A stretch of DNA of 64,000 bases, taken from the NCBI GenBank assembly GCA_938028835.1, contig CALIMJ010000006.1:4759-68758 (forward strand), given 5' to 3'. Shown here piece by piece: positions 1 to 9,743 of the stretch (position 1 is its first letter; each line of letters opens with the position of its first letter). The stretch is from an uncultured bacterium. Its GTDB lineage: Bacteria; Sysuimicrobiota; Sysuimicrobiia; Sysuimicrobiales; Sysuimicrobiaceae. The notes under the pieces were generated by a model. That model was not told where the DNA came from. It made no database searches and worked only from the letters and a program-made list of their open reading frames with translations. The position numbers were made by a program, and so were the translations under genes.

Positions 1-324
1 GTCCCCGCGGCCCGCCTCGTACCGGTCCACGGCGTCCGCGATCCCCCGGACCAGCTGGCGCCCCATCTCGTGTTCGGCCAGCATCACCCCGATGGGGCCA
101 CCCTCCCGGGGCACTCCCCGCCGTTCCAGGCACGGGAACAGGCAGCGCTCCTCCTTGCCGTGGTGGCAGCGGTCCACAAAGCCCTGGCTGAAGGCCACCG
201 CCTCCCGCACGTACCCGGGGTCCAGGGTGCCGCCGGACTGCACGGCCCGCAGGCGCGCTTCCAGCCCGTCCAGCACGCCCAGGATTACCTCGTGGTCTCG
301 GACCAGTTCCTCTGTGGACCGCAC
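1..324 (-). CDS. Hemerythrin-like HHE cation-binding domain protein, partial; the 3' part lies beyond the window start
   Basis: Minus-strand translation of 1-324 gives VRSTEELVRDHEVILGVLDGLE...HHGKEERCLFPCLE...VMLAEHEMGRQLV. The H..E/HHG..E/EH spacing is typical of the hemerythrin HHE domain. GTG start at about 324, immediately after the SDR stop. Confidence 0.5.
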   Translation of the reverse strand, partial: MRSTEELVRDHEVILGVLDGLEARLRAVQSGGTLDPGYVREAVAFSQGFVDRCHHGKEERCLFPCLERRGVPREGGPIGVMLAEHEMGRQLVRGIADAVDRYEAGRGD

Positions 325-326
325 GG

Positions 327-1082
327 CTACACCATGGTGAGGCCGCCCGAGACGCTCAGGGTCTGGCCGGTGATGAACGATGCCCGGTCGGAGGCCAGGA
401 ACACCACCGCCTCGGCCACCTCCTCGGGCCGGGCCATGCGGCGCAGGGGGGTGCTGCGGACGATGGCGTCGATGAGCTTCTCGTTGCCCGCCTGGATGAT
501 CTGCTGCAGGAGGGGAGTGTCCGTGATCCCTGGCGCCACCACGTTCACCCGGATGTTGTGGCGCGCCACCTCCCGCGCCAGGGCCTTGCTGAAGGCGATC
601 ACGGCGCCCTTGGCTCCCGAGTAGACGGTCTCGCCTGAAGAGCCCACGCGCCCCGCGTCGGAGCTGATGTTCACCACCACCCCACCCTCCCGCTGCACCA
701 TGTGGGGCAGGACCACGTGACAGGTGTTCAGCACCCCGCGGAAGTTGATGTTGATCACCCGGTCCCACAGGTCCTCGGTGCTCTCCAGGAAGGGCACGAT
801 GCGATCCCAGCCCGCGGCGTTAATGAGGACGTCCACCCGGCCCCAGTGGTCCAGGACCTGCTGCACCGCCTGCGCCACGTGAGCCCGGTTCGTGACGTCC
901 ATCTCCACCGCCAGGGCTTCCCGGTCCTGGCGGCGGATCTCCTCGGCCACCTGCTCGGCGCCCTGCGCGTTGATGTCCGCCACCGCGACCCGCGCACCCC
1001 GGGCGGCCAGGGCCAGGCAGGTCGCCCGGCCGATGCCGCTCGCCCCGCCCGTGACCAGCGCCACGCGATCCTGGAACTCCAT
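327..1082 (-). CDS. Short-chain dehydrogenase/reductase (SDR), 3-oxoacyl-reductase-like
   Basis: TGGASGIGRA Rossmann motif, NAAG motif, and S...YSGAKGAV catalytic tetrad region. 251 aa. Confidence 0.85.
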   Translation of the reverse strand: MEFQDRVALVTGGASGIGRATCLALAARGARVAVADINAQGAEQVAEEIRRQDREALAVEMDVTNRAHVAQAVQQVLDHWGRVDVLINAAGWDRIVPFLESTEDLWDRVININFRGVLNTCHVVLPHMVQREGGVVVNISSDAGRVGSSGETVYSGAKGAVIAFSKALAREVARHNIRVNVVAPGITDTPLLQQIIQAGNEKLIDAIVRSTPLRRMARPEEVAEAVVFLASDRASFITGQTLSVSGGLTMV

Positions 1083-1121
1083 GCTCCCCTCCGCCTCAGG
1101 ATGGTGGGTCCCCGGTCCCGC

Positions 1122-2000
1122 CTACACCTGGCCCGCCCGGGCGGGGACCTCCAGCCGGAACAGTTCGACGGCGTTGTCCCGCACCACCTTCCGGTACACC
1201 TCGGGCTTCAGCCCCAGGGCCCGCAGCTGCTCCAGGCTCTGCTTCCACGGCAGCCCGTTGGTCCCCCACAGGCACCGGTCCTGGCCCAGGCGACTGTTCA
1301 TGAACTGCACCAGCTCCGGCTTCAGGTACTTGGGCATCCACGCGTCGATGCCGATCCACACGGTCTCCCACTTGTAGCAGACGGAGATCAGCTCCTCCAC
1401 CCAGGGCCAGCCGGTGTGGGCGCCCACCACCTTCAGGGTGGGGAAGTCACAAAGGATCCGGTCCAGGTAAATCGGCCGGCCGTGCTCGGAGGGCATCCCC
1501 TCCAGCACGTGGCCCACCTGCATGGAGACGGGGACGTCCAGCTCCACGCACTTGGCATAGAGGGGGTACATCCGGCGGTCGTGCAGGGGGATGTCGAAGC
1601 CGTAGATGTGGACGTAAACCCCCTTGAACCCGTGCTGCGTGACCGCCCGCTCGATCTCCTGCAGGCTCTCCGTAATCCGGTACGGGTTGTAGCCCGCCAG
1701 GCCCACGAACCGTTCGGGGTAGCGGGTCGTGTACTGCAGGACCTCCTCCAGCTGGGTGTCCATATACATCCAGTGGTTCCGGTGGGACCACATCTTGCAC
1801 TGGGTGATGAACACCTTCTCGACCCCGGCCTCGTCCATGGCGGCCAGCATGGCCTCGAAGCTGGGGAAACTGGGCAGGCTGCCCCCCAGGGCCCGCTCCA
1901 TGCGGCACACCAGCTCCCCCTCCTTGGCCTTGTTCCAGCGCGCGATGAACTCCGGGGTAGCCACGTAGTACATGAAGTCGATGGCCCGCACGTCCTCCAT
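1122..2000 (-). CDS. Amidohydrolase-2 family (ACMSD/LigW-like metal-dependent hydrolase/decarboxylase)
   Basis: C-terminal 293 aa of the 605-aa ORF. Starts MEDVRAIDFMYY after a GGAGGTG RBS. Family-like segments include FITQCKMWSHRNHW and GTNGLPW. The upstream 312 codons are GC-rich read-through and are not part of the gene. Confidence 0.75.
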   Translation of the reverse strand: MEDVRAIDFMYYVATPEFIARWNKAKEGELVCRMERALGGSLPSFPSFEAMLAAMDEAGVEKVFITQCKMWSHRNHWMYMDTQLEEVLQYTTRYPERFVGLAGYNPYRITESLQEIERAVTQHGFKGVYVHIYGFDIPLHDRRMYPLYAKCVELDVPVSMQVGHVLEGMPSEHGRPIYLDRILCDFPTLKVVGAHTGWPWVEELISVCYKWETVWIGIDAWMPKYLKPELVQFMNSRLGQDRCLWGTNGLPWKQSLEQLRALGLKPEVYRKVVRDNAVELFRLEVPARAGQV

Positions 2001-2026
2001 CCGCCCACCTCCCTTCCTCGCTCCGT

Positions 2027-2830
2027 TCAGGCGGTGGCCCGCTGCGCGGTACGGCGCAGCCGTTCCTGGGCCAGCTGGGCCGCCCCCAGGGCCGCCGCGT
2101 ACACCCCCTCCTCGTCCGGCGGTACCACGAAGCTCACCCGCAGGTCCTGCTCCAGGCACCGCCGCATCAGGGGGACCCGGGTGAGGCCTCCGGTAAGCAC
2201 GTACCGGGGTTCGCCCCGCAGGCGCTTCACCAGCTGGCCTGCCCGGCCGGCCAGGGCCACGATGGCGCCCGCGCACACGTCCTCCGGGCTGCGGCCGGCC
2301 ACCAGGTGGTTGATCACCTCGCTCTCTGCGAACACCGCGCACACGCTGCTCACCACCGCGGGGTCCTGGGCCGCCTCCGCCAGCCGGGCGATGTCCGCGG
2401 CGGTGTACCCCATGTAGCGCATGGTCTTCTCGAGGAAGGCCCCGCTGCCCGCCGCGCACTTGTCGTTCAGCCGGAAGGCCCGCACCCGGCCCCGCTCGTC
2501 CACCCGGATGGCCTTCACGTTCTGCCCTCCGATGTCCAGGATGGTCCGAGCGTCCGGGTACAGGCGGTGGATGGCCCATGCCTGCGCGGTGAGGTCCGTG
2601 AGCGCGAGGTCCCGGAAGGGGACCATATGCCGACCGTAACCCGTGGCGGCCACGTAGCCCACGTCCTCCCGCCGGAGCCCCGCACTCTCCAGAGCTGCCG
2701 ACAGTCCGCGCTCCGCAGCCCGGGCGAAGTTGAACCCTGTGGGCAGCAGGCTGCGGCCCACCACCTGTCCGTCGTCGCACAGCACCACCTTGGTGTAGGT
2801 AGCGCCCACGTCGATGCCGGCCACCAACAT
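2027..2830 (-). CDS. BadF/BadG/BcrA/BcrD-type ATPase (activase/electron-donor subunit), paralog 1
   Basis: MLVAGIDVGATYTKVV acetate/sugar-kinase-fold N-terminal motif, DIGGQNVKAIRVDERG, and NDKCAAGSGAFLE cluster-helix motif. 267 aa. Confidence 0.85.
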   Translation of the reverse strand: MLVAGIDVGATYTKVVLCDDGQVVGRSLLPTGFNFARAAERGLSAALESAGLRREDVGYVAATGYGRHMVPFRDLALTDLTAQAWAIHRLYPDARTILDIGGQNVKAIRVDERGRVRAFRLNDKCAAGSGAFLEKTMRYMGYTAADIARLAEAAQDPAVVSSVCAVFAESEVINHLVAGRSPEDVCAGAIVALAGRAGQLVKRLRGEPRYVLTGGLTRVPLMRRCLEQDLRVSFVVPPDEEGVYAAALGAAQLAQERLRRTAQRATA

Positions 2831-2832
2831 GG

Positions 2833-3666
2833 CTACTGCCCTCCCGCGGCCGCGGCCACTTCCGCCCGCTCGCCCAGTAGGACGTGGTCCAGGGCGAACA
2901 GGGCGGCGCCGATGGCCCCGCAGAAGTGGGACTCCTCACTCACGTTCACGGGCACCCCGCTCATCTCCCCGATCAGGTGCACCATGGCCACGTTCCGGGC
3001 CACGCCGCCCGTGAAGGTGAGCTCGGGCTCGATCCCGACCCGCCGGAGCAGCGACAGGCTGCGCGAGGCGATGGAGGCGTGCACCCCCATCAGGATGTCC
3101 TCCACCTTGCGGCCCCTCGCCAGCCAGCCCAGGATCTCCGACTCCGCGAATACCGTGCAGGTGGTGGTAATGGTCACAGGGTTGCGGGCCGTCAAAGCCA
3201 GGGGCCCCAGCTCGCCCAGGGGGATCTCCAGGGCCGCGGAGGCCGCCCCCAGGAACCGGCCGGTGCCCGCAGAGCACTTGTCGTTCATGCAGAAGTCCAG
3301 CACCTCGCCGCCGGGCCCCACCCGGATGGCCTTGGTGTCCTGGCCGCCGATGTCCAGGACCGTGCGGGTGTTGGGGAACAGGAAGCAGGCTCCTCGCGCG
3401 TGGCAGCTGATCTCCGTCACCTGGGTGTCCCCGAACTCCACCTTGAAGCGGCCGTACCCGGTGCCCACGGTGTACTGCACGTCCTCGGCGGACAGCCCCG
3501 CTTCCTGGAGCGCGGCCTCGAAGGCGGCCCGCGCCGCCTCGTTCAACCGCGCGCCCGTGTCCACCAGGGCCCGGCCCAGGATCTCCCGCTCCGGGCTCAG
3601 GATCACCGCCTTGGTCTGGGTGGACCCCACGTCCACCCCCGCCACCACCTTCTTGGCACCCCACAT
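2833..3666 (-). CDS. BadF/BadG/BcrA/BcrD-type ATPase, paralog 2
   Basis: [37 protein letters not shown] and [12 protein letters not shown] motifs. ATG at 3666 lies after a GGAGGTGA RBS. 277 aa. The N-terminal part of the 591-aa ORF was discarded. Confidence 0.85.
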   Translation of the reverse strand: MWGAKKVVAGVDVGSTQTKAVILSPEREILGRALVDTGARLNEAARAAFEAALQEAGLSAEDVQYTVGTGYGRFKVEFGDTQVTEISCHARGACFLFPNTRTVLDIGGQDTKAIRVGPGGEVLDFCMNDKCSAGTGRFLGAASAALEIPLGELGPLALTARNPVTITTTCTVFAESEILGWLARGRKVEDILMGVHASIASRSLSLLRRVGIEPELTFTGGVARNVAMVHLIGEMSGVPVNVSEESHFCGAIGAALFALDHVLLGERAEVAAAAGGQ

Positions 3667-3674
3667 GTTCACGC

Positions 3675-4973
3675 TCACCTCCCCACTGCAGCCTTGTGCG
3701 CCGCCAGCGCTTCGAAGAAGGCGTCCACGCGGTTCTTGATCTGCGCGTCCGACCACAGCCTCGGGTCCACCAGGTCCGACTGGATGAACAGCCCCGGCAC
3801 GTTCCGCTGCACCCGCATCCACTCCCGCACGTCCGGCAGTCCCGTGCTGGTAGTCCGGCAGCTCTTCACCCCGTGGAAGCAGATGCCGTCCACCTTCCAG
3901 TCCCGCACCACCCGGTCCAGCCACTCCTGCTGGTAGAACATGGCTCCGGTCCAGCCCCAGTAGGTGGCCCGGACCATCTGCTCCGCGAAGCTCTCCAGGG
4001 GCCGGCCCAGGTCGTAGCCGAAGCCCGGCACGAAGCCCCCGCCCGCGAACACCATGTAGGTGCTGTGCACGAACACCCCGCCCCAGGAGCTGAACAGCTC
4101 CACGAACCGGCGGAAGTGGCTGTAGCAGGCGGTCCCCACCAGCACCAGCCGGAACCGCTCGTCCGGCACCGCCGCCATCCCCAGCCGCACCCGCTCCCGC
4201 ATCTCCTCCAGGGCCAGCTCGAAGTACCGGGTGCCCTCCGGGGTCCCCCGGTACAGGTTGGCGATGCCCTGGTAGGTGACCCCCTCCAGGGGCGCGTTGA
4301 AGGGAGCGGGGATGTGCCGGTTCGTGTCGCACACCGCGTGGTACAGCTCCGCCATGCGGTTGGCCTCCCGCAGGTGCTCCCGGAACCGGTCGATGTCGAA
4401 GGACTTCCCGGTGATCCGCTCGCACACCTCGATGAGCTCCCGCAGCTGGCCCAGGACGTAGCGACAGTCGTTCTCGAAGGTCTCCCGGAAGGCCTCCGTG
4501 CCCTCCCGCAACGACTCCCGGCCCCGCCAGCCGGGCAGGTCGAAGGTGAACACCGGACAGCCGTAGTAGTGCTCCCAGAACTCTGCCCACTTGAGGTACG
4601 TGTTGCACACGTTGTTGGTGACCACCAGGGCGGGCCGGGGGACCCGTCCGTAGGGGTGCTCCCCCTCCTTCAGCTGCACCCCCACGTCCGCCTTCACGTA
4701 CCCGCAGATGTCCGGGGAGAAGCCGTAGTCCTCCGCCAGCTGGATGTACGCCTGCGACTGGCCCCGGATGGCGGTCTGCAGGGAGGTGATCTCCGGCGCG
4801 TTGATGACGAAGTCAAAGGTCAGCAGCAGCTCGGAAAGCGGCGCCATCACGAACACGTAGGCGGTGGGGTGTCCGGTCTGGGCCGCCTCCGTCATCCGCT
4901 GCCACCACAGCTCCATCAGCCGCCGGCCCTCGCGCCGGCTGACCCCCAGGATCTCCTGCGCCGATGTACTCAC
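3675..4973 (-). CDS. 2-hydroxyacyl-CoA dehydratase / benzoyl-CoA reductase BcrB(BadE)-like subunit
   Basis: HgdB/BcrB family-like sequence (..CGYVKADVG.., ..[15 protein letters not shown].., ..[11 protein letters not shown]..). Start set at the GTG (VSTSAQEIL) about 10 nt after the upstream stop. An alternative ATG (MELWW) lies at about 4916. Confidence 0.7.
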   Translation of the reverse strand: MSTSAQEILGVSRREGRRLMELWWQRMTEAAQTGHPTAYVFVMAPLSELLLTFDFVINAPEITSLQTAIRGQSQAYIQLAEDYGFSPDICGYVKADVGVQLKEGEHPYGRVPRPALVVTNNVCNTYLKWAEFWEHYYGCPVFTFDLPGWRGRESLREGTEAFRETFENDCRYVLGQLRELIEVCERITGKSFDIDRFREHLREANRMAELYHAVCDTNRHIPAPFNAPLEGVTYQGIANLYRGTPEGTRYFELALEEMRERVRLGMAAVPDERFRLVLVGTACYSHFRRFVELFSSWGGVFVHSTYMVFAGGGFVPGFGYDLGRPLESFAEQMVRATYWGWTGAMFYQQEWLDRVVRDWKVDGICFHGVKSCRTTSTGLPDVREWMRVQRNVPGLFIQSDLVDPRLWSDAQIKNRVDAFFEALAAHKAAVGR

Positions 4974-4984
4974 ACCGCACCCCC

Positions 4985-6142
4985 TCACGCGAACTGGAAC
5001 AGCAAAGACTCCGCGAAGGTCTCCACTTCCATGCCCACCTGCTCGAACACCGTCATGGTCTCCTCGAACTCCATCACCAGGTGCGGGATCCCCGCACCAT
5101 CCAGGGCCCGGCTGTAGTGCACCTGCTCCTCCAGCCCCGGTTCGCACATCTTGGCCGCGGCCACGATGGCGGCCTCCGCCCCCGCCTCCCGGATGCGCCG
5201 CAGGAGCATCTCCGCCTTGGGCTTGCGGGGGTCCCGCTGCACCGGGCTGTAGCTGCTGCGGTTGAGGTAGCTGTCCGCCAGGTTCCGCCAGGGGTCACCG
5301 TCCAGGGGGACGTCCTCCGTGATCCACCGCAGCCCGATCATGAGGTCGTCGTCCACGATGTAGCAGGCGTTCTGGATCACCGCCAGCATGTCCAAGGGCG
5401 GCTGCTCGCAGAACCCGCCCTCGAACACCACCCGGATGCGGTCCTGCTTCTTGGCGGGCCGCTGCGGCAGGAGCTCCAGCACCCGTCGCAGCAGAACGTT
5501 GTGCTCCTCGCGGGGCATCAGCCCCGCGGAGCGCACCAGCAGGTAGCTCTCCACCGCGCTGAGCAGCCACGGGCTCTCCCGCTTGATCCGGTACACCTCC
5601 CGCAGCAGCCTGCGGTTCTCGTTGAACAGGGCGATGCTGGCCCGCAGGGCGTCCTCGGTGATGGGGCGGCCGCTCAGTTCCTCGATCACGCGGCCGATCC
5701 GGCGGTACTCCCCCACCAGGTAGTCCACCGCGTGGGCGCTGCTGGCGTTGTGGGGGTGGTAGAGGGTCTCCACCCGCATCTGGGGGAAGCTGCGCACCCA
5801 CACCCCGCAGCCGTTGCGGGCGGCGTCGCAGATGTTGGGCACCACCATGAGGCTCAGGAAGTCTAGCCGCCCCGACAGCGCCAGCTCCAGGGAGCTGCGG
5901 ACGATGGAGCACACGAAGGCGGCGATGCGGGCGTCCGCCTGCCGCACCTGGACCGTTCCGCCCGCGCCCGCGATCTTCACGGGCAGCAGGCCTGCCGCGT
6001 GGGCCACCTCCTCGGGGAAGAACACCTGGAAGTGCCCCACCACTTTGCCCTGGGGATTCGCCTCCAGCCACCGCCGCACCGCGGGAAACGACGGATCCTC
6101 CACCAGGGCCCTCAGGTCGTCGAAGATCCGCTCCAGCTCCAT
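4985..6142 (-). CDS. 2-hydroxyacyl-CoA dehydratase / benzoyl-CoA reductase BcrC(BadD)-like subunit
   Basis: 385 aa, HGD-D family-like (..VVPNICDAARNGCGVW.., ..AAKMCEPGLEE..). ATG lies 8 nt after an AGAGGGG RBS. Confidence 0.7.
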   Translation of the reverse strand: MELERIFDDLRALVEDPSFPAVRRWLEANPQGKVVGHFQVFFPEEVAHAAGLLPVKIAGAGGTVQVRQADARIAAFVCSIVRSSLELALSGRLDFLSLMVVPNICDAARNGCGVWVRSFPQMRVETLYHPHNASSAHAVDYLVGEYRRIGRVIEELSGRPITEDALRASIALFNENRRLLREVYRIKRESPWLLSAVESYLLVRSAGLMPREEHNVLLRRVLELLPQRPAKKQDRIRVVFEGGFCEQPPLDMLAVIQNACYIVDDDLMIGLRWITEDVPLDGDPWRNLADSYLNRSSYSPVQRDPRKPKAEMLLRRIREAGAEAAIVAAAKMCEPGLEEQVHYSRALDGAGIPHLVMEFEETMTVFEQVGMEVETFAESLLFQFA

Positions 6143-6157
6143 GGCGAACCCCTCTTA

Positions 6158-6184
6158 TCCGACCGGTCAGTCAAACCGTACCCC
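6158..6184 (-). promoter_or_regulatory. Second copy of the GACCGGTCAGTC / CGTACCCC motif, upstream of the bcrC-like gene
   Basis: 12-mer at 6161-6172, 19 nt upstream of the ATG at 6142. CGTACCCC at 6177-6184. Confidence 0.35.
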
Positions 6185-6216
6185 GCGCACTGCGCCAGTC
6201 CAATGGTCCGGATGCC

Positions 6217-6939
6217 TCATCTTTCCTGATGCGATTGATCCACCAAAGCGTTGCGGGGGAACAGGCCCTCCTTCAGGGCCCGCGCCACCGCCTCGGCCCG
6301 GGTGTGGGCGCCCAGCTTGCGCATGAGGTTCTGCACGTGGTTGCGCACGGTAGCGGTAGACAGGAACAACGCCCGGGCGATGGCCTGGGTGTCCATCCCC
6401 TGAGCCAGCAGGCTCAGCACCTCCCGTTCCCTCCGGGTGAGGGGCTGGCTGGCGGCGGCCCCGGCGTCGAACCCCTCCCGCGCGGTGAGCAGGTCCACCA
6501 GCTCCTCGACCCGGCGCTGGTGGGAGATGTCCCGGAACAGGTGTACGACCCAGTACTCGTCCTCGTCCGGCCCGAACCGCACCACCAGGGTACTCTGGTT
6601 GACCCACACGTACCGGCCCTCCCGGCTCCGGTAGCAAACGTCCCGGGGCGGGATAGGTTCGCCCGTCCGCGCCATGACGAACTCCGGGCACCCAGGGCAG
6701 CACACCAGGTGCCCGGTGCGGTCGTGTCCGGTGACCACCCGGTAGCAGGGCCGGCCCAGCACGTCCTCCTTCCGCCAGCCCAAAAGCCGCTCCGCGGCCG
6801 TGTTCCACAGCACCACGCGCTGCCGACCGTCCACCACCATGACAGCTTCCCCGGCCCGCTCCAGCGCCTCCCGCAGGACCCGCACTGCGTCCGCGGTCAG
6901 CCGGCCTCCCGGTACGGCCTGTCCTCGCCCCACTCCCAT
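6217..6939 (-). CDS. PAS-domain sensor fused to LuxR/GerE-type HTH transcriptional regulator
   Basis: N-terminal PAS-like region (VVLWNTAAERLLGW...YVWVNQSTLVV). C-terminal LTRREREVLSLLAQGMDTQAIARALFLSTATVRNHVQNLMRKLG. The true start may be the internal Met at about 6840. Confidence 0.8.
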   Translation of the reverse strand: MGVGRGQAVPGGRLTADAVRVLREALERAGEAVMVVDGRQRVVLWNTAAERLLGWRKEDVLGRPCYRVVTGHDRTGHLVCCPGCPEFVMARTGEPIPPRDVCYRSREGRYVWVNQSTLVVRFGPDEDEYWVVHLFRDISHQRRVEELVDLLTAREGFDAGAAASQPLTRREREVLSLLAQGMDTQAIARALFLSTATVRNHVQNLMRKLGAHTRAEAVARALKEGLFPRNALVDQSHQER

Positions 6940-6955
6940 GGCCTGTCGCCTCCTC

Positions 6956-7723
6956 CTACCGGTGTTGCCAGGCGGGCTTGCGTTTTTCGAGAAACGCCCT
7001 CAGGCCCTCGTGAGCGTCCTCGGTTCGCATGAGCTCTTGCGCGTACACGTGTTCGACCTCCTGGAGCTCCTGGTAGAATACCCGCCGGAAGGACCCCAGG
7101 GCCGCGCGCTTGGCCAGGCGCAGTACCGCCGCGCTGTGGGCGCACAGCTGCTCGACGCGCCGGCGCACCGCCTGCTCGAGATCCTCCGCGGCCACCACGT
7201 CCGTGACCAGGCCCAGTTCGCGGGCCTGCCCTGCGGTCAGGACTTCCCCCGTGAGCACCGGGACCACCGCCTGCTTTCCCATCAGGGGAAGGAAAGCCGC
7301 CGCCGCCACGGGCGGGAACACTCCCACCCGAACCTCGGGCTGTCCGAAGGTCGCGCTTTCAGAGGCCACCACCACGTCGCACAGGGCAATCAGCTCGCAC
7401 CCTCCCCCCAGCGCCGCCCCGCCCACCCCGGCTACCGTGGGCACGTCCGAGTCCACGAGGGTACGGCACAAGGCGTGAAAGGCCTCCAGCATCTCGTGAA
7501 CCTTCTCCGCGGTGTGCTCCGCCACGTCCACCCCCGCGCAGAAGGATCGCCCCTCCGCGGTCAGGACCACAGCCCGCGCGGTGGGGTCCGCGAACGCCTC
7601 CCGGAGAATCCCCTCCAGCTCCCGCATCATCGCGATGGTGAGCACGTTGTGGGGCGGGCGGTTCAGGGTGACCCACCACGCCCCCTCCTCCCGCCGGACC
7701 CGTACCGCCTGATCCTGGTTCAC
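6956..7723 (-). CDS. Enoyl-CoA hydratase/isomerase (crotonase) family protein
   Basis: [15 protein letters not shown] and [25 protein letters not shown] crotonase signatures. GTG start overlaps the ACAD stop (GTGA). Confidence 0.8.
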   Translation of the reverse strand: MNQDQAVRVRREEGAWWVTLNRPPHNVLTIAMMRELEGILREAFADPTARAVVLTAEGRSFCAGVDVAEHTAEKVHEMLEAFHALCRTLVDSDVPTVAGVGGAALGGGCELIALCDVVVASESATFGQPEVRVGVFPPVAAAAFLPLMGKQAVVPVLTGEVLTAGQARELGLVTDVVAAEDLEQAVRRRVEQLCAHSAAVLRLAKRAALGSFRRVFYQELQEVEHVYAQELMRTEDAHEGLRAFLEKRKPAWQHR

Positions 7724-8901
7724 CGCGCCACCTCCTGTCGGGCACTCTCCCGCACCACCTGCCGTCCCACCACCAGGGCCTGGATCTCCGAGGTCCCCTC
7801 GTAGATGCGCAGGGCCCTTACGTCCCGGTACAGGCGCTCGGCCGTGCTTCCCGCCACCACACCCCACGCCCCGTGCAGCTGGACCGCCTCGTCCACCACC
7901 CGCTGGGCGGCTTCCGTGGCGTACAGCTTGGCCATGGAGCTGTCCTGGGGCCCCCGGCCCGCGTCGCAGTCGTGGGCCCACGCGGCCCGGTACACCAGGA
8001 GCTCGCTGGCCTCCACCTCCGTGGCCATCCACGCCAGCTTCCACCGCGCCAGCTGGAAGTCCGACAGCGCCTGTCCGAAGGCCACCCGCTGCCGGCTGTG
8101 CCGCACCGCCTCGTCCAGGGCCCTGCGGGCAAAGCCCACCGCCGCGGCACCCACCGTGGCGCGGAAGGTGTCCAGGGTGCGCATGGCCACCGCATACCCC
8201 TCGCCCTCCTCCCCCAGGCGGTGCGTCGCCGGGACCCGGCAGCCGTCCAGGGTCAGGGTGCCGAGCGGGTGCGGGCTCAGGGTGCGGATGCGGCTGGACA
8301 CCCGCAACCCCTGCGCGTGGGCGTCCACCACGAAGGCCGTGAGGTCTTCCTTGCCAGGGCCGGTGCGCGCGAACACCACGTACTGGTGCGCCAGCCCGGC
8401 GTTGGAGATCCACGTCTTGGTGCCCACGAGCTCGTACCCATCCTGTACCCGGCGAGCCGCCGTCTGGATGGCGGCCACATCCGAACCCGCCTGCGGCTCC
8501 GACAGGGCAAAGGCCGCGATGCGCTCGCCCCGGGCCACCGCGGGCAGGTAGCGGGCCCGGAGCTCCTCACTCCCAAACAGGGCGATGGGCAAGCTGCCGA
8601 GCCCCTGCATGGCGAACGCGAAGTCCGCAAGCCCGCTGTGGTACGCCAGGATCTCCCGGGCCAGGCACAGGCTGCGCACGTCCACCCGGGCGTGCACGCC
8701 TCCGTACGCGGCGGGCACACAGTACCGCAGCCAGCCAGCCTCTCCGAGTCTGCGCACCAGCTCCCGTGCCACCCCGTCGGGGTCGAGCTCCTCCCGCTCC
8801 GCCAGGCCCCCGAGCTCCCGGGCGGCCCACGCGCGCAGGTCCTCCGCCAGCGCCCGGTGGTGGGCGTCGAAGAAGGGCCAGCGCAGGGGGTACAGGTCCA
8901 C
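7720..8901 (-). CDS. Acyl-CoA dehydrogenase
   Basis: 393 aa with ..[10 protein letters not shown].., ..QLHGAWGVV.. and ..IYEGTSEIQ.. ACAD motifs. Confidence 0.9.
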   Translation of the reverse strand: MDLYPLRWPFFDAHHRALAEDLRAWAARELGGLAEREELDPDGVARELVRRLGEAGWLRYCVPAAYGGVHARVDVRSLCLAREILAYHSGLADFAFAMQGLGSLPIALFGSEELRARYLPAVARGERIAAFALSEPQAGSDVAAIQTAARRVQDGYELVGTKTWISNAGLAHQYVVFARTGPGKEDLTAFVVDAHAQGLRVSSRIRTLSPHPLGTLTLDGCRVPATHRLGEEGEGYAVAMRTLDTFRATVGAAAVGFARRALDEAVRHSRQRVAFGQALSDFQLARWKLAWMATEVEASELLVYRAAWAHDCDAGRGPQDSSMAKLYATEAAQRVVDEAVQLHGAWGVVAGSTAERLYRDVRALRIYEGTSEIQALVVGRQVVRESARQEVAR

Positions 8902-8903
8902 TC

Positions 8904-9743
8904 CTAGTCCCCCCGGAACTCAGGCGGGCGGCGCTGGACGAAGGCTTCGTAACCGCGGGCGAAATCCTGTGTCAGCATGCACAGCGCCTGCGCCTGGGCC
9001 TCCGACTCCACCGCCTCGTCCAGGGACATGTCCCACTCCTTGTGGAGCATCCGCTTGGTGATGGCGTGGGCGAAGGTGGGCCCCCTGGCCAGCTGGCGGG
9101 CCAGCTCCTGGGCCTCCTGCAGCAGCGTCTCCGGAGGGCACAGGCGGTTGAAGAACCCCCACCGCTCCGCCTCCTCGCCCGACATCTCGCGGCCCGTGTA
9201 CAGCAGCTCCGCGGCCCGGCCCAGCCCGACGATCCGGGGCAGCAGGGCGCAGGCGCCCATGTCGGAGCCCGCAAGCCCCACCCGGTTGAACAGGAAGGCC
9301 AAGCGGCTGCGGGCGGTGCCCAGCCGGAGGTCGCACGCCGCGGCCACCACCGCACCCGCACCCACGCACACCCCGTCCACCGCCGCCACCAGGGGCTGTG
9401 GGCAGTGCCGCATGGCCACCACCAGCTCCCCCGTCATCCGTGTGAAGGCCAGCTTGCGCCGGACATCCATGTCCAGGAGGGGCCGGATGATCTCGTGCAC
9501 GTCCCCGCCGGAGCAGAAGTTGCCGCCAGCACCGGTGATCACCACCACCTTCACGTCCTCCACCCGCCGCAGCAACTCGAAGGTGTCCCGCAGCTCCGCG
9601 TAGCTCTCGAAGGTGAAGGGGTTCTTGCGCTCCGGACGGTTGAAGGTGAGGGTGGCCACCCCGTCCTGGAGGTACCACAGGAAGTGTCGAAGCCGGATGT
9701 CCGACCCGCGCATGATCCCTCCCTGCGCCACGGCCTCAACCAC
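8904..9743 (-). CDS. Enoyl-CoA hydratase/isomerase family protein
   Basis: [17 protein letters not shown] and [27 protein letters not shown] motifs. 279 aa. Confidence 0.85.
   Translation of the reverse strand: MVEAVAQGGIMRGSDIRLRHFLWYLQDGVATLTFNRPERKNPFTFESYAELRDTFELLRRVEDVKVVVITGAGGNFCSGGDVHEIIRPLLDMDVRRKLAFTRMTGELVVAMRHCPQPLVAAVDGVCVGAGAVVAAACDLRLGTARSRLAFLFNRVGLAGSDMGACALLPRIVGLGRAAELLYTGREMSGEEAERWGFFNRLCPPETLLQEAQELARQLARGPTFAHAITKRMLHKEWDMSLDEAVESEAQAQALCMLTQDFARGYEAFVQRRPPEFRGD

Noticed and set aside
702-2417. 571-aa plus-strand ORF (and similar long ORFs at 2306-3739, 2884-3936, 3696-5117, 4964-5866, 12709-14835, 15779-16876, 17612-18718, 47169-48323, 48354-49919, 51414-53243, 60627-62096 and others)
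   Set aside because: These are antisense to well-supported genes. They have Pro/Arg/Gly-rich low-complexity translations typical of stop-poor frames in 70% GC DNA, and no domain signatures.
1122-2939. 605-aa ORF treated as one gene (likewise 2833-4608, 12358-15132, 28376-29692, 29026-30312, 30066-32258, 31478-34066, 33676-34506, 34407-35213, 34655-36904, 36867-38468, 38150-39538, 43158-44948, 47373-50591, 49709-51034, 53620-55785)
   Set aside because: Only the C-terminal portion matches a protein family. It is preceded by an internal RBS plus start, often overlapping the upstream gene's stop. The 5' extensions are GC-rich read-through, so the ORFs were split accordingly.
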